From contig OX597820.1 in NCBI GenBank assembly GCA_951406725.2, forward strand, positions 96,100,001-96,164,000: a stretch of DNA of 64,000 nucleotides, written 5' to 3'. Under the pieces are notes generated by a model. That model saw nothing but the letters and a program-made list of their open reading frames with translations. It did no database searches and was not told where the DNA came from. Shown here piece by piece: positions 43,595 through 56,899 of the stretch (its first letter is position 1; each line of letters opens with the position of its first letter). This stretch comes from Octopus vulgaris. Taxonomy: Eukaryota. A program made the translations under genes and the position numbers.

Positions 43595-45240
43595 GTTCCA
43601 GTTGTTAGACTGCGGTCATGCTGGAGCACCGCCTTCAATTTTTAGCTGAATGAATCAACCTCCAGTACTTCTTTTTAACGCCTGCTACTTATTCTATCGA
43701 TCGTTTTGCTGAACCGCTATGTTACGAGGACGTAAACACACCAACACCGGTTGTTAAGCGGTGGGGTGGACCAAATACATACAAAAAACACACACCCGTA
43801 GATATATATATATACATACTATACACACATACACATAGATGTATACACACACACACACACATACACAAACGTGACAGAAGTAAATAGACACCCCATAAAA
43901 CATCGTTTTATGTTTATTCTAACTTTAACTGTTTATATCTTATTAGTAATTGACATTTTTCTGCTTCAGGTTCTTTATGTGACTGTTTAATCATGCCACG
44001 TACATAAGACACTTCTGAATTGTCTGAATTTCAAAGGGGCCATATTGTGGATCAACCTGAAGGTGGACAGAGCATAAAATTGCAGAAAAACGTGGGATAC
44101 CGCTCCTACAGTTACTAGAGTGATTGTGCAATTCACCAGAGAGAGTAAGGAGTTTACATTATATCTCCCAGGTTGACCAGGGCTCTCTGACAGGACCCTT
44201 CTCGCTACAACGCCTCTGGCATAGCAGAACACGTTGATGTCAGTCCCAGAACAGCTAGTTGTCAGGTATCTCCACAAACTTGGTTACTATGGAAGAACAA
44301 CAAAAAGGAAGCCACTTCTTTGACCTGCCAATATCAAGCACAGAAAAGATTGGGCCAGTGAGATGATAGAGAGGTCACTAGCATTTTGTAACTGTAATAT
44401 TCTCCAATGAGATTTGCTGTATTTTCTGACAGTGGTTGTATGTGGGTCTGGAGATTCTGTGATCAAAAGTTTGACGTGCAAAGATTGCAACGAACAATGA
44501 AACATGGCAGTTATTCTGTGATGGTTTGGGGATCAATTTGGAGCAATGGTCAATCAATCAGAACTGGTGGAGTGTAAGGGAAACTTGAACTCTGATAAAT
44601 ATATGACCATATTGCAGAAAGGACTCCTTCCAAACTTCTCCAGGGGTAAAATGATTAAAGAAAACTATTTATGGAAGATGGGGCCCCTTGTCACACGGCT
44701 AAAATGACCCAAGATTTGTTGGATGAGAATGGCATTAAAACGTTTCCATGGCCAAGACATTCACCAGATATAAACCATATTAAACACCTCTGAGGCATAA
44801 TGGACAGGACATTTCATAAAAAGAACAAGAAGGCATCTTCAAAGCAAAATCTTTTGAGATTACTGCATGAAACTTGGCAAGAAATTCCTCAAGAGAATAT
44901 TTGTCACCTGATCATTAACATGCCTAATAGGGTCCTTGCGTTGAAAAATGCAAGGGACATGTAAACTAAATATCAAATATTCACAATATAACAATTAATA
45001 ATTTGACTCTATAATTTTAGATTTAAATAATATTAACGATTATAAGTGTGTCTATTTACTTCTGTCATTCTGTATATACGACAGGCTTCTTTCAGTTTCC
45101 GTCTACCAAATCCACTCACAATGCTTTGGTTGATCCGAGGCTATAGTACAAGGCACTTGCCCAGGGTGCTACGTAGTGGTATTGAAACCGGAACTATGTG
45201 GTTGGGAAGGAAGCTTCTTACCCCAGAGCCACGTCTGCAC
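43595..45240 (-). mobile_element. SINE family 1-like copy split by a Tc1 element in its internal microsatellite
   Basis: 3' half at 43595-43800, 5' half at 45073-45240. Confidence 0.75.
43864..45072 (+). mobile_element. Tc1-like DNA transposon, near full length, pseudogenised transposase (about 43993-44965)
   Basis: TIR tgacagaagtaaatagacac at 43872-43891 and 45048-45067; ELSEFQRGHIV, SVMVWG, FMEDGAPCHTAK, WPRHSPDINHIKHL. Confidence 0.88.
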
Positions 45241-46463
45241 CAATATATTTTTTCTTTTTGTTTTGTCTGAATCATTTTTTAATATTCTTGTTCTTAATAC
45301 TTCCACTGATTAGATTATTGATTTCTGCAACGTACTGCAAGCAAATTTTAACTTTACTTCCCAAACATCTATCTATGATTTATGTTCTCTGGCAACACAC
45401 ATTATTCGGTCTCTAGACATCCGTTATGTGTACAAATGAATGCAACACTTTATGCTCTTTCCACGAGTATTCCTAATAGGATATTATTCCTTAGACCAAC
45501 TGAAGATGGCAGCCCAGCTATTGAAGGCCGAAATCAAGTTGCTGCGATGCAACTTGCTCTTTAATAACATTTTAAATGTTGTGAAATACGTTTCTATAAG
45601 ACAGTCTGTCTAAAATATATAATTCTTGTATACTCAAATATTTATAACCACTTTTTTGCAAATTACCACAGCTTTTCCATGGCTCTTATTGCACGCTTCT
45701 CTCATACCAACTTTCAAGCTAACTATAGCGCATTCTGAGACGTCACACTTTATTAATATGAACAGTTCCAAGAATTTTATTATCAGTATGTAACTTTGTC
45801 TTCTAATGTTCTTTGACGAAGCATTTTCTGCAGTATCAAACATTTCCGTACATTTCATTAACCATGAATGTGCTTCCGTATCAAAAGGCACGTTTAGAAA
45901 TATTTCATGACATACACTGATTGGTGTTTCGTTTCTTACAGCTTTACCAACCGCTAGGTAAACCTTTTTATTTTTTTCATAAGAACATTTCCGGCTTCCA
46001 TTTTGTTCCTTATACAATAAATTACTCAGCAAGAGGTGCTGATACAATTTCACAGTAAATATTCCAAAACAATTTAAATACGTTGTTAGATGATTATTCC
46101 TACCTATGTTTCTTTGGGTTTATCTTTCGTATAAAGAGTTGTTCTCTTTCCAACTATCTCTTCGGTTACTCTTCCATTCGAAAGGCACTCATCAAAACGT
46201 TGTCTCATGTAAAATGGAGAAGATTTTAAATGAGAAATCCCAGATCAAATCAAGTGCAGCTGCTTTCTAACTAAACATTTTTTCGCTTAACAATATCTCT
46301 CGTCAATTTTACTTTACTTCCTTTGGAAATATTATTTCCAGTTTCTTCTTTACTTCTTTGAATCATATTCTTCAATATTTAAGAGATGAGGAATTATGTA
46401 CATCATTTATATTATTTACATTATTATATTTGACGGATATTTGTCCTCATCTTGTTTCTGATT

Positions 46464-46509
46464 AACACAACGTTTCGGCTGATATACCCCCAAGCCTTCA
46501 TCAGGTGTC
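46464..46509 (-). ncRNA. Hammerhead ribozyme (family D), intact core
   Basis: GACAC-CTGATGA-aGGCT tgggggtatatc AGCC-GAAAC-GTT-GTGTT. Confidence 0.8.
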
Positions 46510-46557
46510 TTGGGGAAATTTTGAACCTGGGTTCTGATTCCGAAGGTACTTTTGATG

Positions 46558-46618
<61 letters not shown>

Positions 46619-46695
46619 GGTATCGAACTCGGAATCTTGAGGTTAGTAGCCCGCTACTAACCCCAAGATTCCGAGTTCGATTCCTGGCAGTGACC

Positions 46696-46777
<82 letters not shown>

Positions 46778-46781
<4 letters not shown>

Positions 46782-47813
46782 CTGATACAAATAGCGGCAA
46801 AACACGAGCAAAACAAAAAACTGTTCTCAGTATTTAAGGAAGCTGACAAATACAAACAAGAAATCATACTACCTAACAAATATGAAGAAGAAGAAGAAGA
46901 AGAAGAAGAAGAAGAAGAAGAAGAAGAAGAAGAAGAAGAAGAAGAAGAAGAAGAAGAAGAAGAAACAACAAAAGCTATAAAACAAATAAAATCCAAACTA
47001 AAACTAGAACAGCAACGGACCATGATAAAACGATGGCAAGAAAAGCCCCTTCATGGCAAATACTGGACTAAAATAAATGCAAGACGAATAGACAAAGAAA
47101 TAACCCAGCAACGGTTGAGAAGCTCAGGACTCAAATCAGAGACAGAGGGATTTTTAATTGCAGCACAAGACCAAAGCCTCCCCACCAGAAATTACCAAAA
47201 ACATATAATGAAAAGTAACTGCAGAATATGTGGAGATGGACAAGAAACAATAAATCATATTATCTCTGGCTGCCCAGTCCTAGTTAAGAAGGAATATATT
47301 CACAGACACGAATAACAACAGAAAAAAGATGATATAGGCACACACCAGAAAAGGTCACAGAAAACGAGAAAGCAACCATACTCTGGGATATGCCAATACA
47401 CACAGATATAGGCCACATATAGTTCATGAAGATCATGAAGAAAAAATACTTTCTAATTGATGTATGAATACCAGCAGATGACAACGTTCTCTAAAAGAAA
47501 TGGAGAAACTTTCAAAATACAAGGACCTAGAAATAGAGATAACTCGAATGTGGAATCTAAAAACAGAAACAATTCCTATCATAGTAGGTGCATTAGGTAT
47601 GATAAAAAATATTCAGACAAATACATAGCAAAAACACCGGGACTTACATATATAACATACAAAAAATTGCACTACTTGGCACTGCACACATCCTACGCAG
47701 AACACTTTCAATACAATAACCATCAGAGCATCACAACAAACCACAGCACATACCCAAGGCACACAGAGCTGCGCTCGGTAGTGAAGTGAAAGCTCTCTAT
47801 GAAAATAAAATTA

Positions 47814-47817
<4 letters not shown>
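46778..47817 (+). mobile_element. R4/Dong-clade 3' fragment (CCHC plus restriction-like endonuclease region) inserted in (AAT)n
   Basis: WQEKPLHGKY, ETEGFLIAAQDQSL, CRICGDGQETINHIISGC, ATILWDMPI, IVGALG; (TAA)n on both sides. Confidence 0.9.
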
Positions 47818-47902
<85 letters not shown>

Positions 47903-48007
47903 TAATAATAACAATAATAATAATAATAATAATAACAACAACAACAACAACAACAACAACATCAAATATAACTTTGGAATGAGAACCAACGTTAAAAATG
48001 TCCCCAA

Positions 48008-48053
48008 GACACCTGATGAAGGCTAGAGGGTATATCAGCCGAAACTTTGTGTT
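48008..48053 (+). ncRNA. Hammerhead ribozyme (family D)
   Basis: GACAC-CTGATGA-aGGCT agagggtatatc AGCC-GAAAC-TTT-GTGTT. Confidence 0.75.
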
Positions 48054-49960
48054 AACAGCAAACAAGATGAAGACAAATATCCATCAAATATAAATAGTGT
48101 AAATAATGTGCATACTTTGAACCATTTCAAAAAATCTCTCAAGATATCATAAAATGTAATTCACAAAATCTCTCTATATATCAATCGCCTAAAACTTAGT
48201 CCTTCCTTCTTGATCCGCCTGAAGAGTGCTACCATCTTCCTGGACCATGTTTTTAAAGAATTGTTATAGATAAGATGAAAGTATTCAAGCTCTTTTAAAT
48301 GGCTGTCCCTTTGCCATACAATACTTAATCCGATTTGCCTCAGTAGTAATACGTTACTTAATATCATCCTTTACAATCGTGAATCCTTGAATATTTAATC
48401 TGTACTTTCTTTTCTCTACTTTCCATGTCTTTAGTTTTTCAGTTGCCATTGATGTCAACGATTTATTTTTCTCAACTCTTACTGTAATGTATTGACATCA
48501 TAATCTAACCTTATATCCACAATTTTTAGCAGCTTTCGTCTTGTTTTTACAACATTCTTTACTCTTTGCACTCCTCCGACAAGATACGCAGCTGTACATA
48601 TCAGTCTTTGGTGTCTTATGTAAAAGATAAAGTGCCATATTGACCTCAACTGTTTCACTTTCCAATATTTCTCTGCCAACGGAGAGAAGATAGGAAAGGT
48701 CTAAGGTTTCTTAATGCTTATACAAATTCCCTGAGCTTTTCCACAATTATTGTCATCTCTTCACCACCCATGATTTTTTTTATAGACATCACAATCCCTT
48801 TCCTCTCTATCGTTAAATTCGTCAGTCTCTGTCACTCTGTTCTCCATTTAATTAATTATTACTCTCATTAATATTATATTAGTATCATCGTCGCGGTCAT
48901 CATCATCATTTGATAATGATGATGATGATGATGATGATGCCATTTAAAAGCGGTCGTAAGTTGGGTTTTAAAAAATCTTTTTATTCTATGTTGTTGCTGG
49001 TCAGTTCCGTTTTCTTCTTTTTCTATTTTTTTTTTTTTTTGCCTTTGGCAGAGATGTATTAATTTTTGCTGCAACACGTCATTTCTTTTAAACATCGCAT
49101 TTAAATTTTCAAGAACAGACTGAAATGAAGAAATCAGTGCCTAGAACAGCAATCCTGATGCTATCTTCCCAGTTAAACAATCAGTATACCGAGGAATCAT
49201 CATCACCAATACAACTGTTACGGGTGGCAGCGATATCAAAATCAGCATCAACAGCATCAACAGCATCAACAGCAACAACAATAGCAAAGAAAATAAAAGA
49301 ATGTACGCTGACAGTGATGCCATCACTATCGCCATCACCCTACTTAAATTATTATGGGTACAACAGTAGCGATGGTAACAACAACAACACAGGAAGCGAT
49401 AAGGAGAAAATAATTTTTAAAATCCAACTGCCACAGCAAAATATCTACCAATACTACCAACACTATCACCACCAGTCATCAATACTAGACAGAAAACTGG
49501 ATTAAACAATGGAAGAAAATGTGGTTCGTTTGCAATCGCCACCACGTTATCCTACATCACACTTGAAAGCGCAGAGCAGACACTTGACCTCTATCACTGT
49601 TGCATTGACCTCATCAAAATATTTCTTTCAGTGAATCGGGTTGCATTATGAGTAATTCCCGAGAAAGTTGATTGTCCAGGCCCATTTCCAATCAGTGGTT
49701 ATGCGCAGTAAAGTGATATAAATGCTCCTACTCTATTTGCCATATATTTCACAATGGCGACAACAGCTACAGCTGTAGCAGAAATAGAATAAATGCGAAA
49801 TGTGGCAACAACAGCACTAGTTATAAAATATATGTTCAATGTTAACGAGAAAGGAGTAGTTTTGAGGTTCATAGAGAACTCTGCTAAGTGGGTGGAGAAA
49901 CAGAAGCAGCACAGTTCAATTTCCCTCACTCTATCAATCATTTCTTAGTCGTAATTGAAC

Positions 49961-50127
49961 AGGCGCAGGAGTGGCTGTGTGGTAAGTAGCTTGCTTATGA
50001 AGCACATGGTTCCGGGTTCAGTCCCACTGCGTGGCACCTTGGGCAAGTGTCTTCTACTATAGCCTCGGGCCGACCAAAGCCTTGTGAGTGGATTTGGTAG
50101 ACAGAAAATTGAAAGAAGCCCGTTGCA

Positions 50128-50200
<73 letters not shown>

Positions 50201-50410
50201 TTGTTTGTGTGTCTGTGGTTGTCCCCCCAACATCGCTTGACAACCGATGGTAGTGTGTTTACCTCCCCGTAACGTAGCGGTTCGGCAAAAGAGACAGATA
50301 GAATAAGTACTAGGCTTACAAAGAATGAGTCCTGGGGCCGATTTGGTCGACTAAAGGCGGTGCTCCAGCATAGCCACAGTCAAATGACTGAAACAAGTAA
50401 GAGTAAGAGG
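49961..50410 (+). mobile_element. SINE family 1, full length
   Basis: Colinear with 30261-30675. Confidence 0.92.
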
Positions 50411-50825
50411 AATAAATATAAGCGCTTTCCTTCGCCTTTCCTAGTCATCAGTTAACGTCGTGTTTTCTACCATCCTCCCCCTTGTCCATTTCTTCGTGTT
50501 GCTCAATTACTCGCCCCCTGGTTTTCCTATACTTATTTTAGTCGGAAACTGTCCACGCATAACAATAGACGCAAACAGTTTTTGCAACTCATATAAAATG
50601 GCTAGAAATAATAAAAACAACGACGGTAAGAAAAATGATCCTCTCTCGTTTAGGCACAAGGCCTGAAATTTTGGAGGAAGTGGGAGAGTTGATACCGTCG
50701 ATAACTGATACTCTGAAAGGATGAAAAGTAGACCTCGTCTGTATTTGAGCTCAGAACATAAAGACGGACGTAATGCCGCTAAGCTTTTGGTCCAGTTTGC
50801 TTACGTTTCTTCTAGCTGAATCGTT

Positions 50826-50913
<88 letters not shown>

Positions 50914-50927
50914 TGATGATGATGATG

Positions 50928-50967
<40 letters not shown>

Positions 50968-50969
<2 letters not shown>

Positions 50970-51865
50970 CGGAGCTCAGGGATAAAGGCAGAGGGTGAAG
51001 GCTTTATATTGGCTGCTCAAGATCAGAGCTTATTGACCCGGAACTATCAAACCAATGTGAGGAAAAATGGTGTAGAACCAAAGTGCCAATACTGAAACGA
51101 AGGGATTGAAACAGTAGGCCACCTAATCTCTGGGTGTAAGGTTTTAATCCCTGTAAAGTACAAGACATAACAGAGTTGGCCAATATCTACATTGGATAAT
51201 GTATCGGCATTATAAAATCAAAGCTGCTAACAAATGGTATAATCACCACCCTGAGGCTGTAACTGAGGGAGAAAATGTAACGATTCTTTGTGACGTTCTA
51301 CTATGTAGAGACGGGACCTTCAAGGCAGATACACCAGATATTGTTGTGAAAGACCAAAGCAATAAAGTCTGTTTATTTATTGACATGAGCATACCCTGTG
51401 ACCATAATATCTCGGGGAAAGAATTTGATAAGCTCAGAAAATATACAGATTTGCTGATCGAAATCGACGGTTACATCTCAAGACGGTTACAATACCAGTG
51501 ATTGTAGGAGCACTTGGAATGACCAAAACAGGAACTGAAAATTATCTAAGAAAGATCCCTGGCTTACCGACCATGCAGGAAGTGCAAAAGATTGTCTTAA
51601 CTGGTACATCACACGTACTGAGAAGAGTATTGTCGCTGTGAATTTTCTTTCCTTTTTTCCACCTTATTTTCTTTGGTTACTTTGCTATTTTTTATTTTTC
51701 TCTCTGTCTTCCTTCTGCTTTTTCTCTAAAATGACTTTGTAAATGAACAATCTGGTGTGTTTATTTTAATAGCCTACCAATGTATACATTGTGTTTCTCT
51801 GCCCTAGGGGTCAGGAAGACACTCAGCAAGAAATAGAAACAGAATTGAAAAAAGATGATAGTGAA
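50968..51865 (+). mobile_element. Second R4/Dong-clade 3' fragment (different subfamily) in (AAT)n
   Basis: EGEGFILAAQDQSLLTRNY, ETVGHLISGC, ADTPDIVVKD..LFIDMSIP (PD-D motif), IVGALG. Confidence 0.88.
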
Positions 51866-51939
<74 letters not shown>

Positions 51940-51944
51940 TAAAT

Positions 51945-52490
51945 ACCCTGATGCAATACTAGACAGTGGCTCTCATGGCTTCTGATCTTAACTGATTGGA
52001 AGTGTTATAATGTACATTGCTTTGTTTTGGTATAAAAGATGGGCTACAGCAAATATTCCGCTCAATACCACATATTCGCTTGTCAGTTGTTTGACCTTAA
52101 CCAGTTGAGTATGTCCCTCAGTGGCTGACGATATGTGCATCTCTGACCACAAGCAGAAGTAGTGGGGGAGCATCATAGCCGTGTGTTGAAAGGAATTCCG
52201 AGAGGTTTGGATAATTCCCCTTTGGAAATATGGGTGGTTCGTTCAACATCCTTAAACAATCCTTATTCAGGAGCGGGATAGGTTACTCGACCAGAAGAAA
52301 ATTCTAACTGGGCCCCACCTGCAAGGTCATGCGCTGTTTATCTTGATATGAGATCACCATTTCACGCACATATAGTCGTGATGCATGTGCCTGATGTATT
52401 CTTATCAGACGGGTAGTCATGATGGATATACTGAGCTTCGTATATTTTACCCCAGTGTCATTTTGATGGCATGCACTGCTCTCTCACTCA
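51945..52490. repeat. Unclassified segment bounded by (AAT)n, probable interspersed repeat
   Basis: Higher GC than flanks, sharp AAT-tract boundaries; only one copy in the window. Confidence 0.35.
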
Positions 52491-54079
52491 ATAATAATAA
52501 TAATCGTATAGGCACAAGGCCTGAAATTTGGGATAAGGGCCGATTCGATTACATCGACCCCATTGCTTGAAAGGTACTAATTTTCTCGAACCACAATAAT
52601 AATTACAAATAGAAAGCAAGTTCCCAAGAGGTCACTTGCCATATGAGAAATAGCAACCAAATCTACCTCGCATTATATCCTTTCATTTAAAAATATAGAG
52701 AGACACATGTTGAATAATATAATTCTAAATACACTATATCTAAGGAAAAATACAAAGTAATCGCAAATAAATAATAGATTTGTTCAGAGTTGTAACGTTA
52801 CATGCATACATAAACCCCAGTCTTAAGTCCCATAGAGTGTTATAAAACTAGAAAAGAAGAGCCTGGTGTAAATTCATATTTGGCTATGATTAACCTTCAT
52901 GGGTAAAAAGTTGGAAGTGTACCCATATGAAAGCATAATTTGATTGGAACGTAAATAGTATTCTTAGAGTTGATATTTTCTATTTGTGTCAAATATATTC
53001 ACCATAAATGACAGAATGTAAAGAGTTCCAAGCTGATGGTAAAGGACAGAACGCGTAAATGTAAAAGCTGTAAAGATTTCAGAATGTAAGGCTTTGGTAA
53101 AAAGTACTATCCAGAATAATAAAAGAAATCGAGAAAAAAAACGGCAACAATAATGCCAAACAAGCTCAAACATAACAGCGGCACAATTGCATCGGAAACT
53201 AAATAAATAAATATTACAGTAAAAGTAGTTGCAAGTTATAACTTGTTGACCTATTCCTTTTGCATTTCCGATATTAACTTGTGGAAAGCAGAGGAAGTGA
53301 TATGAAATCAAATTTATGTGAATTTTAAAATCTTTTGTTAAGTACGTGTAACAAAAATATCTATTTCTTTGGGAAGGAGGATATCAATTACTCTGATAAT
53401 AACAGTGGGAATAGTTTATTAATTAATGTTCCCTTCCACAGCACCCTAGATTCTTAAAGAGAATACATATAACTGTTTTTTTGTAGATTCAACAACAACT
53501 TCATTTCCCGCTTTTTAACAAAGTTTGCCAATCTGTAGACGCCCAAACGGTTTCTTTCACAACACTCTATGCATAGAATGTGAATCTTCTTCCTCTACTA
53601 CTTCGTTTCAATAGCCATGAGCTTTTTCTCACTTCAGCATCTAACTGCCATAATTAACACCTATACAATGCAGTTGAAATTACTATTGTTCTTAATAAAA
53701 AAATTGTTATCGAACAATTTCTTTATTTCTTTACTAATGCAATTTCACTTCCTCAAAGATCTTCTAATTTTTGCTAACGCTACTGTTGCTGCTACAACCC
53801 AGCATTTGTTTGGCCTCATTTTTCTCATCATTGTTCGCACAAAATATCATTCAACAACATACTTGTGTGGCTTCCCTGCTATTTCAATCGGATTGACTAC
53901 ATTCTTTTTGTTTGTATAGTTATCGTAATTTTGCCGTTGTTTGTTTCTTTGAGCATTTAATGTGATCAGAAATCGTGGTGCCTCTTCTAAAATGATTGGT
54001 GAATTAGTTATATTGATTTCAAATGTGCCAACTAGAAATATATTGGAATGAGTACAACAAATGTGTATTTAAAACTTGT

Positions 54080-55050
54080 AAGCTTTACTCGTAAGGGAAA
54101 TGTTTGACACCACTCGAAAATAACTTAAATTTGAAGATTTAAGATTGAAAGCACGACGCAATGCTGTGGCATCCAGTCTATGAGGCCGATCTGAAATTTC
54201 GGGCGCTACATATATATTCCACCCCAGTGTCTTCTTCCAGAAGTACACGGATGATATACCTTTCATTATGTCTTCTTGTGAGGCAAATGATTTTTTAAAG
54301 GTGAAATATTAGCAATAATCGACGACCACATAGAGTCCAATTCTGCTACCCCAGCAACACTGGACCCAACATTCTACTGAATTCCGCTCAAAAATCCCAG
54401 TGAAAGGTGACATCATTACCCAGTTCTATAAGAAAACATATTGCGCGATCTATTTGGCAACTTCATATCGGCCTTCTATATCAGTGTTAAAGCTGAGTAC
54501 ATAACAAACGAATTCAATCGTATCAAGTAGAGTTGCAACGAGACTCACCAAGCTATCCATACCACGCAGTTTCAAAAGATACTGGAATTCAACAGATACC
54601 GATCATTCGTTAACAATCGCCTTCGGAAGCTCAAGCCTCATCCAAACTGAAAATAAATTTTTACCTTTTTACTGAAGTAATCAAACTTCAGCCACAGTAC
54701 AATTACTACTATCTGCAAGACCATTCACAAGAAAGGGCGAGATATACAGTTCGACGTCTGAGGATGACCCATATGAAACAAAAATATCATAGAAGGAATG
54801 GTTGACTGACAACAGAAGCATATGTGCACAGGTTAAGTGTTTCGTCTGCAAAATAAACAAGTGTCTGTGTAGTAAAGCCATATATCACATCAACTACACC
54901 AAATACAACAAATGTTATACATGCAAAATGATTTTGTTGTTTTATATCTAATCAATTATCTACAAATATCTCCAGACATACGCGACATCTTTCAAAAATT
55001 ACCTTGAAAATGCAGGAACATGGTGTAATTTACACCGCTGTTCTCATGAA
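54080..55050 (+). mobile_element. Very old Penelope-like element (RT plus GIY-YIG remnants)
   Basis: VYEADLKFRAL, FFQKYTDDIPF (54244-54255 YTDD), TQFYKKT, CFVCKINKCLCSKAIYHINYTKYNKCY. Confidence 0.6.
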
Positions 55051-56267
55051 AGTCATAAACTGTAATATCAGTAACCTGAGTACAAGTGAATAAAACAGAA
55101 TAATAAAACAGATGACGACAATCAATAACTAGATAAATTGAATGAGCTACGTTGGATGCTATAAATAAATAATCCTTATTGTCACTATTCATTACAAAAA
55201 CTGACTGATATCTTTTCTCGTATACATGTCATCCAACCCAGACAATGATAACTCTTGGAACATAAATCACAACCCCAAACACTGTACATTCCATAAGTAA
55301 TAATTGGAATACTACACACAAGAATTATATACGCCAGTGGAATATACACATAAGCTCTGCGATACTTCTTTCTTTCTTGGTTTTAAAGCCTTTTGAAAGA
55401 AGTTTTATCCCTAAATACCAGCAATAAATATTTATTTTTCAATATATTTTTTTACTGTTATTGCTTATATTTAATGTTCTGTCTCCATTGCTATATCCTA
55501 TAACACGATGTCTTAAAGGAAGCGTGTTCGTCTCTGCGTATATCCAAAAAAATCCATTACGTCATTGCTATCATCAAAGCATGTAGTTTTAAACGGACTA
55601 CTTTCCTTTTTAATTTATATTCGGTGTAGTGAAAATTTATTAAACATTGAATAATTTCCGAGTTTTACTTAGCCATAGTATCTAATCACAGCTTGAACTA
55701 TTTCAGAATAGTCCAATTTATTATGAGCAAGGATTGAGTACCGTACCAGTAAGATGTTACAGATTATAAAATCTTCAAAATGGTTGCTCGATAATTTTTT
55801 TTTATTCCACCTTGGTGTAGTTATATTTCGCCTGACATTGCATAACAGTTATTAACATAAATCATATATATTTTAATAAATGAAATTTGGTGCAGAATTT
55901 TAAAAATTATTTTCAAAACTTCCTTTCAGTAAATTTCTTCATGCGGATGCGATGAAATGTTGACGTTTGAAATTTAGAAAAATAAATAAAATCTACCAGC
56001 AACATTTTGAGCTGATGGTTCGCATCTTAGTAAATAGATTTTGATTTTCCTCTTTACGAGCAACGGATTAGTGCAATATAATAATGCAGTTAATCGTTGA
56101 AAATAATGTTAGTTGTCTTCCAGTAGAGGAAGATCTTTGTCTTGCATCAGATGCAGCACTGCATGGATACAAAGTATTCGAGAATTTTTCATTTTTCCTA
56201 ATATCGGATGGTATGTGGAACTAATAATCAAAAGATATCGCCATACAATCAGTCTGAGACATGTAAT

Positions 56268-56360
<93 letters not shown>

Positions 56361-56899
56361 CGGAAAAATATATTCCCATGCAGGAAAAAATATAGGAGAA
56401 TTGGTTTTGCGTTTTGAAAATGCACCTGAATCTGGAAAACGTGTAGTCGTTTGTGAATATATTTATTCAAATATGAAACTAGTTTCGACAATTGTTTGCT
56501 TATTTATGGTACTAATATAAATATATAACATAGGGGTTTGGGAGAGTTTAAAATTACAAGGTAAAACTTGGACAAACATATTTCAGCCATCAAATGTTCA
56601 AATATTCACAGAAATTTCACTGAATTTCACAGTTTAGATTGTAATATCAATGTAAATGTTCGGCGAATATAACAAATGTACATTATTGAAAGTTCAGTCA
56701 TATTGAGTTTTTATAAAATAAGTGGAGAAGAAAGAGAAAAGATGGAAATCAATAAATAAAGGAAAAGGTTTTTATTTTTTTACAACTTCTATTCTTATTT
56801 TCTATTTCAGTCTTAGCGCACTAGTCTCGTCACCATTCACGGCTTGTTGGAATTGGCAGTACTTTGGGTTCAACCTTTTAGTATATATATGCTTTTACG

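Larger units (their letters stand above)
46371..48114. mobile_element. Family D tRNA-head/(AAT)n/HHR element, second head-to-head pair
   Basis: Fold-back centre ggttagtagc-cc-gctactaacc (46641-46662); degenerate TSD ctttgaatcatattc (46356-46370) vs ctttgaaccatttc (48115-48128). Confidence 0.8.
45630..48700 (-). mobile_element. Old R4/Dong-clade fragment (45630-46370 plus 48115-48700), host of later insertions
   Basis: YQHLLLSNLLYKEQNGSR and FDTEAHSWLMKCTEMF (RT region); GFTIVKDDIK*RITTEANRIK. Confidence 0.6.

Noticed and set aside
45497-45541. CTGAAGA-tGGC...GCC-GAAA hammerhead candidate
   Set aside because: No valid UH cleavage site before the stem I partner; single copy
52964-53311. Hydrophobic ORF with WHY..F..W, faintly like adhesion-GPCR TM3
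   Set aside because: No further helices or GPCR motifs recoverable; AT-rich antisense bias explains it
54681-54881. YDIFVSY resembles a TIR-domain box 1
   Set aside because: No downstream TIR motifs; it is antisense to the degraded PLE reading
56815-56860. Expected HHR position in the 3' region of the PLE at 56900-58820
   Set aside because: Too degenerate; no CUGANGA present
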